From positions 37,582,304 through 37,646,303 of the forward strand of contig NC_092671.1 in the NCBI RefSeq assembly GCF_964355755.1: 64,000 nucleotides of DNA. The letters run 5' to 3'. Shown here one piece after another: positions 1 through 13,700 of this stretch. The position numbers were made by a program, and so were the translations under genes. The stretch comes from Antedon mediterranea (Eukaryota > Animalia > Echinodermata). The notes beneath the pieces are model-generated. The model had not been told where the DNA came from. It worked only from the letters and a program-made list of their open reading frames with translations, and did no database searches. How positions within the stretch are numbered: the stretch's first letter is position 1; each line of letters starts with the position of its first letter.

Positions 1-133
1 CGGTTTATAGTCCTTATCCGAGAAGACTCGTTCTACCACCAGAACCATGGAGTGAGTGAGCCTCGAACCCCTGCCGATGTTATGGCTACGTGATTACGGT
101 TCCACTGTCTTAACCGCTCGGCCACTCACTCAT
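1..133 (-). mobile_element. tRNA-derived SINE, 5' part (cut by window edge); same family as 58291-58598
   Basis: Reverse complement reads GAGTGGCCGAGCGGTTAAGAC...GGGGTTCGAGGCTC (A and B boxes) then CTCGGATAAGGACTATAAACCG, closely matching 58291-58425. Confidence 0.85.
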
Positions 134-348
134 TTACATAGTAACAATATACAATACCAATTTTGTATTCTATATTGAGGACTATATAAACCTACCATCT
201 ACAGTATATCATAAATCTTCTTTTCTATCATAGTAGAAATCATACACTTTATAAATGGAGCCTAACTAATAGCATTTCACATAATATTAATAAGTAGAAC
301 AGTATAGGTTGTCTGACATTTGAAGACTATAGGCTATGGTGACATTAA

Positions 349-1000
349 GACCCCATTTACACTTACGATTTAGGCCGGCCCTGGGTCGGCCCTGGGTCGG
401 CAATTGATAAGTGTAAATACTCCAAAAAGTTAGGCCGGCCCTGGGCCGGACGCAGATCTGGGCCACCTCTCCAGGTAGGTTCAGGAGCGGCTTTTACGTT
501 TGGGCCGGCTTACGCAGTGAACCGTGAACAACGTTTGACCTTTTTATGAGGTTGTTGTTATGACGATCCGACATTCTCAGTACATGCCTTCCTCCTTTTC
601 GGGCAACAATTTGTTTTCTTCACCATTTATATAGTTAAATTTATTTTTAGACATCTTCTTTCAATAAAGTATTCCTCCGCTTGTTTCGCATATACATAAA
701 ATACAGCCATATTATATATAAAACAGTGGGGTTCATTTTGTTTTTAATGGGACAAAAAACAACAATACAGTATAAATATAAAACGGTCGGTTCGCGCGGA
801 GAGTTGAATTGACGATCGAGAGAGAAAAATTTAAACAAACTGTACTTCGTATCCCAGCATGCAATGGTACTTCCGATAAAATTATTTACGACCAGTAATC
901 TGCGTCGCTAGTGTAAACGCTGTGGGGCCGGCCTAAAAGGTAAATATTTGCAACCGGCCCAGGACCGGCCCTGGACCCAAACGTAAGTGTAAATGGGGTC
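349..1000. mobile_element. Non-autonomous DNA transposon (MITE), PIF/Harbinger-like
   Basis: Perfect 19-bp TIR GACCCCATTTACACTTACG / CGTAAGTGTAAATGGGGTC; flanks TAA and TTA; subterminal GGCCGGCCC repeats at both ends. Confidence 0.85.
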
Positions 1001-1304
1001 TTAGCTAAAGTGTGTATATTATTGATTCCAGTGAGAGATTAAATATTATCTCAAATGCATGTCACCATATCATTTTTCTGTCTAATTGTTGAACGTTCTA
1101 CTCTATAATGTTTTGTACAATGAAAATAAACATGAACTTCAGAACTGGAAATTTATGTTGTATCCTATGAAAATAGGTTTTTGTTTTCATTTTGAATTCT
1201 ATAGAAAGTTATAAAAGTGAAGAAAAAAATTTTTAGTCGGGACTGTTGTAGTTATTAAGTGGGTGGGTGGACCTCTGGATGACCTACGACATAGGCATAC
1301 AAAT

Positions 1305-1380
1305 GGAGCTGTAGTTTCGTTGTTAATGTGCTTGCCTTCCAATTCCAAGGTCCGGGGTTCAATCCTTTTTTCTTTTTTTA
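1305..1380 (+). mobile_element. Degenerate tRNA-derived SINE head
   Basis: GGAGCTGTAG...CCTTCCAATTCCAAGGTCCGGGGTTCAATCC (B box); similar remnant at 46640-46690. Confidence 0.45.
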
Positions 1381-1714
1381 ATAGTCCATATGTACTGTCA
1401 CACTTTCTAACAACATGTTTGCAGTCTAGCAATATTCAACAAATTAAATCTACAATAATAATGCATTTAATCAATATTTTAGTAATTAAATAAAATTATT
1501 CCAAATTAAATCCATCCAGTTTGTAATATTGCTTTATATTGTAATCTGCTGCCACGGTATTAAAAATTAATGATAATGATTGATGCTCAACAAGAAATAC
1601 TTGTTTGCAGTTTCATCATTGGCAATGACAAATTGAAGCTTGTTTAAATTCATCGATATAAATTAGTGTCCGTAAAATTTGATGAGTAGAATGGGATGAC
1701 TGACTAGATTTTAT

Positions 1715-2018
1715 TTAAAGATATTTTGTCCCCAAAACAATTTTGAAAAAAAAAATGTTATTGTCACACTATTTACTTTGACCAAAAACTGGATTGAAAA
1801 AAAAATTATTTACCTGAAAAAAAATGTAATTTAAAGCAAGAAATACTTAAATTGTAAAACAATGGTTTTTGGTTAAAATTAAACATTTTGTCTTTTTGAA
1901 GTGAAATAATTATATATTTTTTTTTACAGAAGGGAATTACTTTTTTAAAACTGCAAAATGGCCTATTAAATATAAAGTCTGATTTATTAATCATGTTTTT
2001 GTTGGACAATACATCTTT
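1715..2018. mobile_element. Kolobok-like TTAA MITE family, copy 1; other copies near 11400-11545, 13005-13200, 13752-14037, 16265-16443, 39372-39547, 44088-44352, 56955-57140
   Basis: Shared termini AGATGTATTGTCCCC...GGGGACAATACATCT and shared internal blocks (GTCACA..TACTTTGACCAAAA, AAGTGAAATAAT). Confidence 0.7.
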
Positions 2019-3029
2019 AGAAAAGGCTGATTTTCGAACATGCAACAAGCAATAAAAGGATATGAAATTGTTCCAAAATTGTTCATTTGATGTCTTCAAC
2101 ACAGTATAAACTGTTACATACTGCTGACTGTAATAATATATTTTGGAGATGACGATAATTAGGCATAGAAAACATCCCTAAAGAAATGTAAAAAAAATGT
2201 GAAACAAGAATATATATTTTACTGTGCAATAGAAATGAATGAATATTTAAATTAACCAATCAAATGCCAAGGATACAATCAGGTGTGTTATAAATTAAAA
2301 TATCAAACTTTCCAAAAAGTTTTTCAATTTTCAAGAAATTACATAAAAAATACCATTAATGTAAAACGCCTCTTCCAAATGTTCTTGTTTTAATTGCATA
2401 GAAGCATTAGCAGACATTTTACGGAATGAGTCAAGGATAAAATAGTATCTGCAAGCAACGTTTTTTAAAGTAATAATGGCAATCAATCATGTAATGTTTA
2501 TTACTTTTTTCTTTTTTATTATAAAATTTTTAAGTTGACCTAGTTTTATAGAAGACAGTCCAAGAAATATCTCAACATTCATAGCCACTGTCAGTTTCTT
2601 CCTATCTTCATTTTCTTTATCTCAGATTTCAATGTTGTTAAATTATTTAATGTACTGGCATATACTCTTTCACTTCAAAGGTATAGCTTTTGAAATTAAA
2701 ACTTTATTTTAAATATATACGTTCATGAAAGATTCTTCTTTTCATACTTCATCATTTTAATGTGATCGGTCGTTTTATGCAAATACATTTTTCAACTTTT
2801 TTCCTATATTTTTTTTCTGTATGCATTTTGTATGGTAGTTTGTATCTTGTCTTTGAAAAACTAGTTTAGGAAAGATTGATAAAGAAAGTCAATTTTACTA
2901 TGTTTAAAGAAAGTTGGCCTTTTATTCACAGGATTATTATTCACAGGATTTCTTGACTGGCGAGTCAAGCCAAGTCATAACATTGGGGTTGGTTTGATGT
3001 TCTCCATATATACATACAAGCAAAAATGA

Positions 3030-3630
3030 TATACAGTAATAAATGATATACTGTTAAAATGGAAATGACATACAATAAAAAATGATATTCAGTAAAAAAT
3101 GATATACAGTGAAAAATGATATTCAGTAAAAAATGATATACATTGAAAAATGATATACAGTGAAAAATGATATACAGTAAAAAATGTTCCACATTGAAAA
3201 ATGATATACAGTGAAAAATGATATACAGTGAAAAATGATATACAGTGAAAAATGATATACAGTGAAAAATGATATACAGTGAAAAATGATATACAGTGAA
3301 AAATGATATACAGTGAAAAATGATATACAGTGAAAAATGATATACAGTGAAAAATGATATACAGTGAAAAATGATATACAGTGAAAAATGATAATACAGT
3401 GAAAAATGACAATACAGTACAGTGAAAATGATGTACAGTACAGTGAAAATGATGTACAGTACAGTGAAAATGATGTACAGTACAGTGAAAATGATGTACA
3501 GTACAGTGAAAATGATGTACAGTAAAAAATGATATACAGTAATAAATGATATCGGTAAAAAATTATATAAAGTAAAAATGATACTGTACAGTAAAAAACA
3601 AAATACAGTGAAAAATGATATACAGTAATA
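3030..3630. repeat. 17-bp minisatellite (TGATATACAGTGAAAAA) with an embedded 21-bp variant block
   Basis: Tandem copies seen directly; 21-bp GTACAGTACAGTGAAAATGAT run at about 3415-3520; explains ORFs 2965-3686. Confidence 0.95.
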
Positions 3631-3674
3631 TTAGTAAAAACAAAATGAAGTTTGCATTGCATAAACTGGTTGGA

Positions 3675-4382
3675 GGAGGTACACACCTAATTGGTGACAG
3701 TGGCTTAGGCTGCTGTTGTGCTTTCTTGGCAGCTAGTCACTATGTGGAGGTACACACCTAATTGGTGACAGTGGCTTAGGCTGCTTTTGTGCTTTCTTGG
3801 CAGCTAGTCACTATGTGGAGGTACACAACTAATTGGTGACAGTGGCTTAGGCTGCTTTTGTGCTTTCTTGGCAGCTAGTCACTATGTGGAGGTACACACC
3901 TAATTGGTGACAGTGGCTTAGGCTGCTTTTGTGCTTTCTTGGCAGCTAGTCACTATGTGGAGGTACACACCTAATTGGTGACAGTGGCTTAGGCTGCTGT
4001 TGTGCTTTCTTGGCAGCTAGTCACTATGTGGAGGTACACACCTAATTGGTGACAGTGGCTTAGGCTGCTGTTGTGCTTTCTTGGCAGCTAGTGACTATGT
4101 GGAGGTACACACCTAATTGGTGACAGTGGCTTAGGCTGCTGTTGTGCTTTCTTGGCAGCTAGTCACTATGTGGAGGCACACACCTAATTGGTGACAGTGG
4201 CTAGGCTGCTGTTGTGCTTTCTTGGCAGCTAGTCACTATGTGGAGGTACACACCTAATTGGTGACAGTGGCTAGGCTGCTGTTGTGCTTTCTTGGCAGCT
4301 AGTCACTATGTGGAGGTACACACCTAATTGGTGACAGTGGCTTAGGCTGCTTTTGTGTTTTCCTGGCAGCTAGTGACTATGA
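3675..4382 (+). repeat. 71-bp tandem array, about 10 copies, unit contains a hairpin
   Basis: GGAGGTACACACC recurs at 3675, 3746, 3817...; stem GTGGCT(T)AGGCTGC / GCAGCTAGTCAC; followed by T-rich tract and (TAA)n tail at about 4460-4484. Confidence 0.95.
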
Positions 4383-5035
4383 TTTTATATTTTCTTTTGC
4401 GTTTTGTTTGTTTAATTTGTTGATTTGTATTATATTTTGTAAAATGTATCTTTTGGCTAAATAAATAATAATAATAATAATAAACATTAATGTATACCAA
4501 TAGTTTGAGTTAACATTACTGACCTATATTGTCTACAAACCTTATGTCGACGTCATGATTGCAGGCATATAGTTTAATTATTAATTATCTGAATTGCAGA
4601 TTACAGATTCATATCAAATCCTTAGTTAAAGCATTCTCAATCAATAAAATCGTTCACAGTGTTGAACTTTGTGCCGTTTTATTACGTTAGAAAGCAATAA
4701 TTGTGTTAATTAGTTTAAATTAGTGAACTTTCCATTGCATAGTGTGAATACTGCAGCTTATTGATGTGTGACACTGCAAGATTCATTTGCCTATAAGCAT
4801 TCCACTATTGCGTTTTAATTCATCGTTCTGTGATGCTAAATCAGCGGGGCGATATTAAAGACACTGTTATTATCACACCAAACTTTCCTCCGAAATTTCA
4901 CACAAAATAATTCCAGTTTTACCGTTGAAAAATTGACAAATGTTCTTATTATAGTGTAAGGCATCCAAGGAATTTGATTTTTCTTTATTTATATTTTTGT
5001 TTTATTGTTTCTGTATGTCAATTCTGATTGTTTTA

Positions 5036-5188
5036 AGCTCTGTCTCCACTATCAAACTTTATGTGATGTGCACATAATGCTGGACATGATGATGTCATAT
5101 CACTACCATATTTGGGCATACAGTATCACTACCATACTTGGGCACATCAAACTTTTTTTGTCAAACTAGTTTGATAGTGTAGACAGCT
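5036..5188. mobile_element. AGCTCT-type MITE, first of about 26 copies (others start near 6705, 7913, 8390, 11140, 12400, 14049, 14856, 15095, 17379, 17535, 18292, 22975, 23891, 27270, 40039, 47800, 49757, 49868, 50015, 50563, 52346, 56370, 59180, 60256, 62058)
   Basis: TIR AGCTCTGTCTACACTATCAAAC...GTTTGATAGTGTAGACAGAGCT, TWA flanks, internal 20-bp unit ATGCCCAAATATGGTAGTGAT; TWA targets are typical of PIF/Harbinger MITEs. Confidence 0.9.
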
Positions 5189-5704
5189 TTATGAATTATC
5201 TTACTTACTGTACTTTCACATTCTACTGCTCTTTTTGGCCATTGAGGATAATTTTGTTTAAATTTAATGTGCCTTTATGTTGCTTTTTGTTTCCTATGTG
5301 TACAATCTTCTTTAAATAAAGACGCACATTTTATCTTTAGAAATGTATAGTAACTATTTTGATCGTTAATCTCCCATGGTGTTGACTAATGGAATAATAT
5401 GGGCATTTTGTCAGCTTATGTTACATAATAACACATTCTATAACAGGTGGACATATTATCATATTAAGTATGATCTAACACCTGTGTTATTTAAATTAAG
5501 GACAAAAAAGACTGATTTAATTCAAATTATGTTTAGTAATAATAAACATAATTTGATTCAGGGTAAAAATTCCAGTCCAGTGCAATCATGTGTCAAGTTA
5601 AAAAATACTATTCAAAATTTAACCCATTTTTATGTTTAAGGTTTTTGAAAATATTAAAAAAAATAAAAATATGAAATATATGAAATACTGTATATCACTC
5701 TTAA

Positions 5705-6213
5705 CACATTGACTGCCAAGGCATTTTCCGTAATTTCTGTCCCAGTGCCAAGTCCCGTTTACATATTAAATTACAGTTTGAAAGTGTAACATCTGGTCAC
5801 AGACTATCATGATGTCATTCAAAATACGATGGCGGGAAAAACCGTTGAGACGTATAAATACTAATTATATTACTTACTATATTACTTATATTATTTACTA
5901 TTTATTATTTTTATTTACTATTAGCGCAATTTATGACATGTTTGAGATGATTATATTGAGTGTGAGGGCGCCATCGTATCAACCATATTCAATGCATGAG
6001 GGAATAAACACAAACAAACATATGACATTTATTTTTAGATTATCGTTTACGTACATCATTCATAAACTGCCATGCGATAATTCCTGTTCCAATCACCACT
6101 GCCAGCGATTCTACATACAATACAAAAGTGCTACGATTTTGACGTAGTATTACGTCTTGGCAAGTAGCGACACGCAATTTTTGACGTATAAATACGCCGT
6201 GGCAGTGAACGTG
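5705..6213. mobile_element. piggyBac-like non-autonomous DNA transposon
   Basis: TTAA at 5701-5704 and 6214-6217; TIR CACATTGACTGCCA / TGGCAGTGAACGTG (12 of 14 match). Confidence 0.8.
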
Positions 6214-7626
6214 TTAAGCCTCCCTGGGATTTTAGGCAATACCAATACACCCCCCCCCCCCCCCCCCCTTCCCAAACCGCACCTCACACACAACTCCAAC
6301 TCCATTGATCTATTGATCTAGGTTTTTGGTATCATTACCCATACAAATTGAAACCAATTTTTTATGCAATGGGTTTAATGGTTCTGGAAAGGTATGAAGT
6401 CTGTAGCATACAATAAATTTACAATTAGTTTTTATTACATTACAACTAATTCCATATGGATTTGATTTGATTTTAATTAATTCTTGTAAATACTAGTAAG
6501 ATTAATTATGTATGTAGGTATAATAAAAAGTAGGTTCAGTACAGATATTACCAGGGTATGGATTAGTTTTTCAAATATTGAATATTCTGTGTTTGCATTA
6601 ATAATTAGATCTGCAATCATAAGAAATCCAGTGTATATAATTATAAACTGACTTATAATTGACTAAAGCGTTTGTGGTATTACAGATACTATTTAACACC
6701 ATTAAGCTCTGCCTATTATCAAACTAGTTTGACAAAAAAAGTATGATGTGCCCAAATATGGTAGTGATATGCTTAAATATGGTAGTGACATCATCATGTC
6801 CAAATTTGGGCACATCACATTTTTTCGTCACATAAAGTTTAATAGTGTAGACAAAGCTTCAAGCTTTTAAAAAACTTGTTATTTGTATTTAAAAGTTATT
6901 TGACATTAATATTTCATTTGGATTGCGGTATTGCTGTTTTTCAATTAAAAACAGATTGAAAAAAATCGAAAATTAATTTAGCTGCAAAATGAAATTAATG
7001 TAAAATCAGTTGTAAGCTATCATTTTAAAGAGTTTTCATTAAACGGAACACTTTTATTTATTTGGATTTAATGTCCATTGACTATAAATTATCTTTTGCG
7101 TCTGACAGTTTTCTGCGACGCAAGAAGTATGCTGATGTAAATGCTATAATTAATATTCAGTTATGGAGTGTTCCTTGAGGGGGAATACTTGGCGATTTTG
7201 TCGGTGTCTAAACTCATCTATGCCTGCCAGCCAATTAGCCCAATAGTATCTAACATCAAGATTAACTCACTCAATAAACATGTTTTTATTGACATATTAC
7301 TGACATAAATTCATTAAATTCATATCACAATGTAAACCAATTAAAATTATCTTTTTATCAGAAATTAAAAAGATAATTAAAGATAAAATATTGGTTATAA
7401 AATATAACCTTATTCTGTAAATTTGTCAATAGAATCAAGAAGCAGAGAGTTATTAATCATTTTCCTCCCCTGTATCGATAGTGGTTGAGTCTGACATGGT
7501 TAGTACTATAGTAGGTTTAGTTAGCTGCGTAAGGATGACAACCAGGACAGCAGCTCCACAATTATTGAGGATACTAAACTAAAGATTGGCAAAGTTCTGT
7601 CTAACCATCGATAAGTGGATTTCTTG

Positions 7627-7764
7627 ATGTTACCTTATGTAGCCGTTATCACTATTTTAATTTTTGTCATTGGGGCCCTTCTTTTAATATGTTGTTTTAG
7701 TACCGTTACAATGCATGCTGGGACAGTACGTTCTCACACTGGTAGTGATGCCGTTAAGCATAAG
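7627..7764 (+). CDS. Candidate alternative first coding exon, N-terminal signal anchor (MLPYVAVITILIFVIGALLLICCFSTVTMHAGTVRSHTGSDAVKHK)
   Basis: 46 open codons with a ~20-aa hydrophobic segment, ending at consensus donor AAG|GTAAGT in phase 0; non-repetitive context. Confidence 0.55.
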
Positions 7765-10700
7765 GTAAGTTTTTTCGTAAAAATTAATGAAATGGATACT
7801 TTACCATATAACATTAATTGTTTATGATACAATGATGCAGATTATTGCAATAAGCTAAAGACCAAGTTCCTATATGGAAACATAATCATCTGTGCTTCTA
7901 CAATAGTTATTAAGCTCTGTCTACACTATCAAACTTTATGTGACAAAAAAATGTGATGTGTCCATATATAGACATGATGATGTCATATCACTACCATATT
8001 TGTGCATATCACTACCATGTTTGGGCACATCACACTTTTTTTGTCAAACTAGTTTAATAGTGTAGACAGAGCTTAAATCTTCTTTTTTCTACATTTAACA
8101 ATTTATAATCTGTAAAGAAAAATATCTTTAAGGAGTACAGTACCAGACATCATCAAATTTTTAATGAAAAAATATTTCAAACAGATAGAGTACATGTCCG
8201 ATATTATATATGAGATTTTATATACTGTATTAATTTTAGTTTTAATGGTTATTGACATTTTGGTAATATATTCAAAACTGCTCGTTAAATTAGTTCTTAG
8301 TGCTTTCAATTGTAATCCAATTTACTAGTAATCATAGGTAATAACATTATTTTTTCATTTGATATTTGTTGCTGGTAGAATGAATGTAAAGCTCTGTCTA
8401 CACTATCAAACAAGTTTGTGTTGTGTCTAAATATGGCAGTGATATGTCCAAATCATGTCCATTTTTTTGTCACATAAAGTTTGATAGTGTAGACAAAGCT
8501 TTACACATTTAAAGTGTTTAGCATCCTTAGAAATTTCTAATTATTTTGAAAATTAATTTCAAAATTAAATTAAAATAAAATAATGACTTTCTTTATTTTT
8601 CACGATGGATCGTTTTTATCATTTATGAAATATTTAGCCCCATAATCTATAATGCTGGATCCGCCCCTGGCTCATGTAACATTATATCCATAAACTTTAT
8701 TGTAAAAGTTTTTTTTTCGAAGAATCAGAAGAAGAAGGCTAAATACTATGTGTATTAATACATACATCACATTCATAATATTCTATGAATTCAATTCCAC
8801 AGTGAGTTATGTTTTGCAGATTGTAATTCATGTACTGAACAAATGTATACCTAATACAAGTAGTAATATGAATGATTGAGTGAATTACACAGTACCTAGT
8901 TAATCTACAGGGAGATAAAGGTTGCTGTTAATTGTACATGTTTCCTAATATATACTTTAAGCATTACTGAAAAGATTATAACTTACACAAGAGACTTCTT
9001 ATGTTTACGTTTTGTGTTCCTTAATGAAATTAAAATTTCTTTGCTAAGTTAATAACTAATAATTAAGGTATTGTATAGTAATGCAATATAACCATTAAAT
9101 GCATTACTATGGTGTATGATATACACCAGTATTGATTATATAAAAACATTGTCACAATCAAAAAGCATACATTTCTCATTGGAAATAGCTGTCAAATCAA
9201 GTCATAAAATTAAAATTTTCAAAAATATTAAAAATTTTTTCAAGTATTAAATAATGATTTAATAAGCAAGAGCTTTCAAAAAAGGGGGTAGAAAAACAGG
9301 TTTATTTATATCACTGCTTTGAACAATAATCTAAGGCTTGTCACAATTTTCATGACTAAAGATATCTATTTTTAGTTTAATTCGTGCCTTGCTTACCTGG
9401 ATAAACCGCCAATAGCTCTTGCTCTCCAGAGGGAGGGCTTAAATACGATAATAAGCTTCCACTTTTCCACTTAAATTGCTTGAATAACTGAAACCAAAAT
9501 TCGAGTAATTTGTAATAATTCTGCTGGATTAATACCAACCTCTAAAATCCAAAAGCTTATATTTAGCAATTATAAACCATTCAACATTAAGCCTTTAATT
9601 ATTGTCACACTTGTATCTAGTAATAATCTAGTTAATGTCCGAGTTATGCATTTGTAATTATGGTACGCCTACCTGACCAATTGCACTTTTAAGAGAAAAG
9701 TGGTATCAGTCAATTGTTAGTTTATTATGAAATATTTATTAAAATTCATGATTAATATTATTTTTAAATTCATGATTTGATTCAACTTGTTAGTGGCGGT
9801 TTCATCGCTGTTGGTTGTGAACTGAATAAAAAAAAATTTTAAAGAAATAGATTAATATTATCTTTATTATTAATGTGGTTAATTAATGTAATTTATGTGC
9901 ATAATATTTATATTTGACATTTGAAATATTCAAGGTATTCTGTACAGCATTCCAATTGTTTGATTTATTATTCCTTTAATTAACTATGTTCATTAAAAAT
10001 TATGTCTAGTCATGTTGTGCCTATAGGTCTAGTTTATAGCTATTCCCAACTAGGACACCCTTTTGCCAAATTAAAATCATTTATTTGACCAACAAACCAT
10101 AATATAAAATATACAGAGATGACGGGAAGTAAATAAGATTACTATAACAATAAATTTATAATATATTTAGACGTGAATAAATATACAAAAAAAAACAAAA
10201 CAATTATTATATACAAAATAAATTAAATTAAATATGCAAAACAAAAAGACAATAAATTTCTGGTTTTATATATTCCATCAAATATTACATAGAAACAATG
10301 GGTGGGGGATGTCAAGAGTGATATTTGAGATTTTGATTCAGATTTATCTGGTCCTTGCGGAAATTCATGACATGCACAGTCGCTCACATAACATTACAAT
10401 AACATACAAAATATATATCAGATACCACACTATTACCGGAAATAGCGTGACCCTTTTTTGGAGCAAGATTTGACCTGTATATAACTTTGGAAAATGACAT
10501 AATATTGACATGATTGATATGCCTGATCTAACAATGCTATTAAAATTATAAACAGAATCGTGATAAAAGACAGTAATGACCAGTGGAAATTACAAACAAA
10601 TCTAGGAAAGAATCAATATTGAGTCAATTTAAGGTGCTGTGATTGCATAATTTATTTAAATTGTAACATGGTCATCTCAATTAAGGAGAGCACATTGTGA

Positions 10701-13700
10701 TTTTATTGTTTCTTGATAAATAACTCACATTAATTAATTTTTTTTTTAAATGCAGTCTATTTTGTGCTAGCTTACCTGGATAAACCGACAATAGCCCTTT
10801 CTCCTCGAAAAGGAAGATATAACTAGAAAAGTAAACATTTTTATTGAACCTCTCTCCACAAATGGAATAGTCCATGAACTATGAAAATTCTTAGTATGCC
10901 TTTCATTATTTAACAAAATTTAAATGTAGATTGAGCCTAGAATATTTTTGTTAGCTTGGATAGAAGGTGCTCAGAGTCCAGAGAAGGCTGAGATTCAACT
11001 AACCACAGTTTTTTAAGTTCAAACCCTAGTTAGCGTGGAGAGTGTATCCTTACACATTCGATTTGGATACTGGCATGGACTGGCATGGACTTCAAATTTC
11101 TCTTTCAGTTCTTTTTTATAGCTTGTTTTGTTCTCTGAATACACTATCAAACTAGTTTGACAAAACAAAGTGTGATATGCTAAAATATGGTAGTGATATG
11201 CCCAAATATGGTAGTGATACCCAAATATGGTAGTGATATGCCCAGATATGGTAGTGATATGCCCAGATATGGTTGTGATATGACATCATCATGTCCATGA
11301 GCAGATCACATATGTAGACAGAGCTTTATAAATTCAAAACCATTAAATTTGATCAAACTTGCACAGGAGTGCAAAGTTACTATGATATGTGCGCGAACCT
11401 TCACTTTCTGGTCTGTTTATTTTTGTCTTTTCATAAGTGAAATAATTTTTTTCTATAGAAGTGAATAACTTTATTAAAACTGGTCTATTAAAAGTTTAAT
11501 TTTATTATTCCTCATTTTTCATGTTTTGGGGGACAATACATCTTTATTTTTATTAATTACATTACATATTAATTAAAAATTACGATTGATGTTAGTAAGT
11601 GACACTCATTAGCCATCAATCCAGTCTTAATTTAAGTTTTTCTACGAAAATGATTTAATGTCAATAATATATTTGCAAAATAAAAATTTGTCAATGAATT
11701 AGAATGATAGCTGTATACTATGACCATCATATCCTTCAACATTTATTTTAATCATCCGTTAATTAAAATGTAAAATGATATATATTCAAACATAAGTATG
11801 CCGTATAACATTATGAAATATACCAAACCATCAAGTATATGTTGATGGTAAACCTCTCATCACTACTTAACAGTATATTAAGAGTATTTTTATAGCTGCT
11901 AAATCACCATACTATATTTAATGTTTATGGTTTTAATAACATAATCATGTTTATAGGCTATGTAACAATATACGTGTGTTGCTGCCACCGACAAACGCAT
12001 AAAGCTTTTGTAGCCAGACATGATATGCTTAAATTCCATTTGTTAAATGCAAAGTGACAGCTTCACCTGTTTCGTATTAACATTACGAAGCCTAATTTAA
12101 TTCATCCTTTTTGATATTGAAACTCTTGATTTTCTATGGTGATGACATGGTTAAATCATACAGTGTTGGTCAAATAGTTTATTTCGTATTATTTCAAATA
12201 TAACCTTTCATAATTCAGCCATTATTTCTTTCTTTTATTATTTCTAATTCCATTCATAAACATTCAGTATTTGTATTCATTTATAATTCAATTATGATAT
12301 TACCTTTTGGCTCAGTTGTAAGCCCAGTCACTGTTGGGATATTCTTTCTATTATACCCACCATCATATGCTAATTTAAAAAATTCTTTTTCGGGAATAAA
12401 GGGTTTGTCTACACTGTCAAACTTTATGTGACAAAAAAAATGTGATGTGCTCATATATGGACATGATGATGTCATATCACTACCATATTTACGCATATTA
12501 CTTCCATATTTGGGCACATCACATTTTTTTTGTCCAACTAGTTTGATAGTGTAGACAGAGCTTAAAATCCACTCTTCCCAATAGTGTAGGGTTATAGGTA
12601 CACTTTTTCATTCATAACTGCATTCATACAACTCTTCAGTACTGTTTGCCTCGATAAGATTTGTCAGGTGGATATTTTACCTTTTTCCGTTGTTCTAGTT
12701 GATTGTAGATTGTCACATTCTCGACTCGAGAGACAACCTATAAATGCACATGCATCATTTCGGCAATATTTATCAAACGAAGTTAGTTTAAAAAAATCAT
12801 TATTTAATGTTAAAATTCATCACTGTCTTGTGTTATCCATCCAGATTAATATGAATAATTCATGCTAAACCTGTATTCCATTATAATTTTGTATTCCGTG
12901 CGATAAAGATTTGCGAGAGTGTTTATAATTGTCCAATGATATATTAACACTAAGGTCGTTGACATCGGCATCTATTTATAAAACATTAATCTATTTTGAA
13001 ACTTTAAAGATATATTTTCCCCATACAAAATTGTTTTCACATTTTTTGTTGAATATCCCATTTTAATGTCACATAATAATTATTCACTGGATCAAAAAAA
13101 AAGTTTTCACCTGCAAAAAAATGTAATTTAAAGCAAAAAATACTTACATTTTTTTGTTAAAATTAACCATTTCTTTTGTCTTTTTATAAGTGAAATAATT
13201 GGTTTTTTTTTAATACAAATTTACATAATTTATCAAACTTTCTGGTGTTTTTAAATAATTATGAATAAAACTGAATAAATTATTTGATAAATTTGCATAT
13301 TATTTTAACTTATTATTTATTCATATTTGCCAACCATATTTTTTTAAATATTATTATATTTTAATTATTGATATTTCATTAGGTTGACTTATTTCATAGA
13401 CCTCACTCACATGTCTTTTATTATTAATGAACAAAGAACACTGTATGTAGAATCCATATCTTTAAATGGTATTAAAGAATAGAAGGCTTGTTGTAATAAA
13501 ATGATGTTGGTAGGACTGGAGTAGATGCAGTATTTACACAATTATACTGTATTAAAGAATACATAAAAACTGGTGATAAAATATTGCAATTGTGACAACA
13601 TGTTCCTTATCTGTCATTAAACAATGTGGAGTAGATAACATCAACACAATGTATAATAAAATGTATTTTTTCAGAATACAGATTAGATGATTTTTTGTTA

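Noticed and set aside
2965-3686. Hydrophobic repetitive ORFs
   Set aside because: Translation of 17- and 21-bp minisatellites
3675-4382. Possible CRISPR array (also 19445-22450 and 40606-41190)
   Set aside because: No unique spacers, no cas genes, eukaryotic context
6250-6268. Poly-C tract
   Set aside because: Simple homopolymer with no other signal
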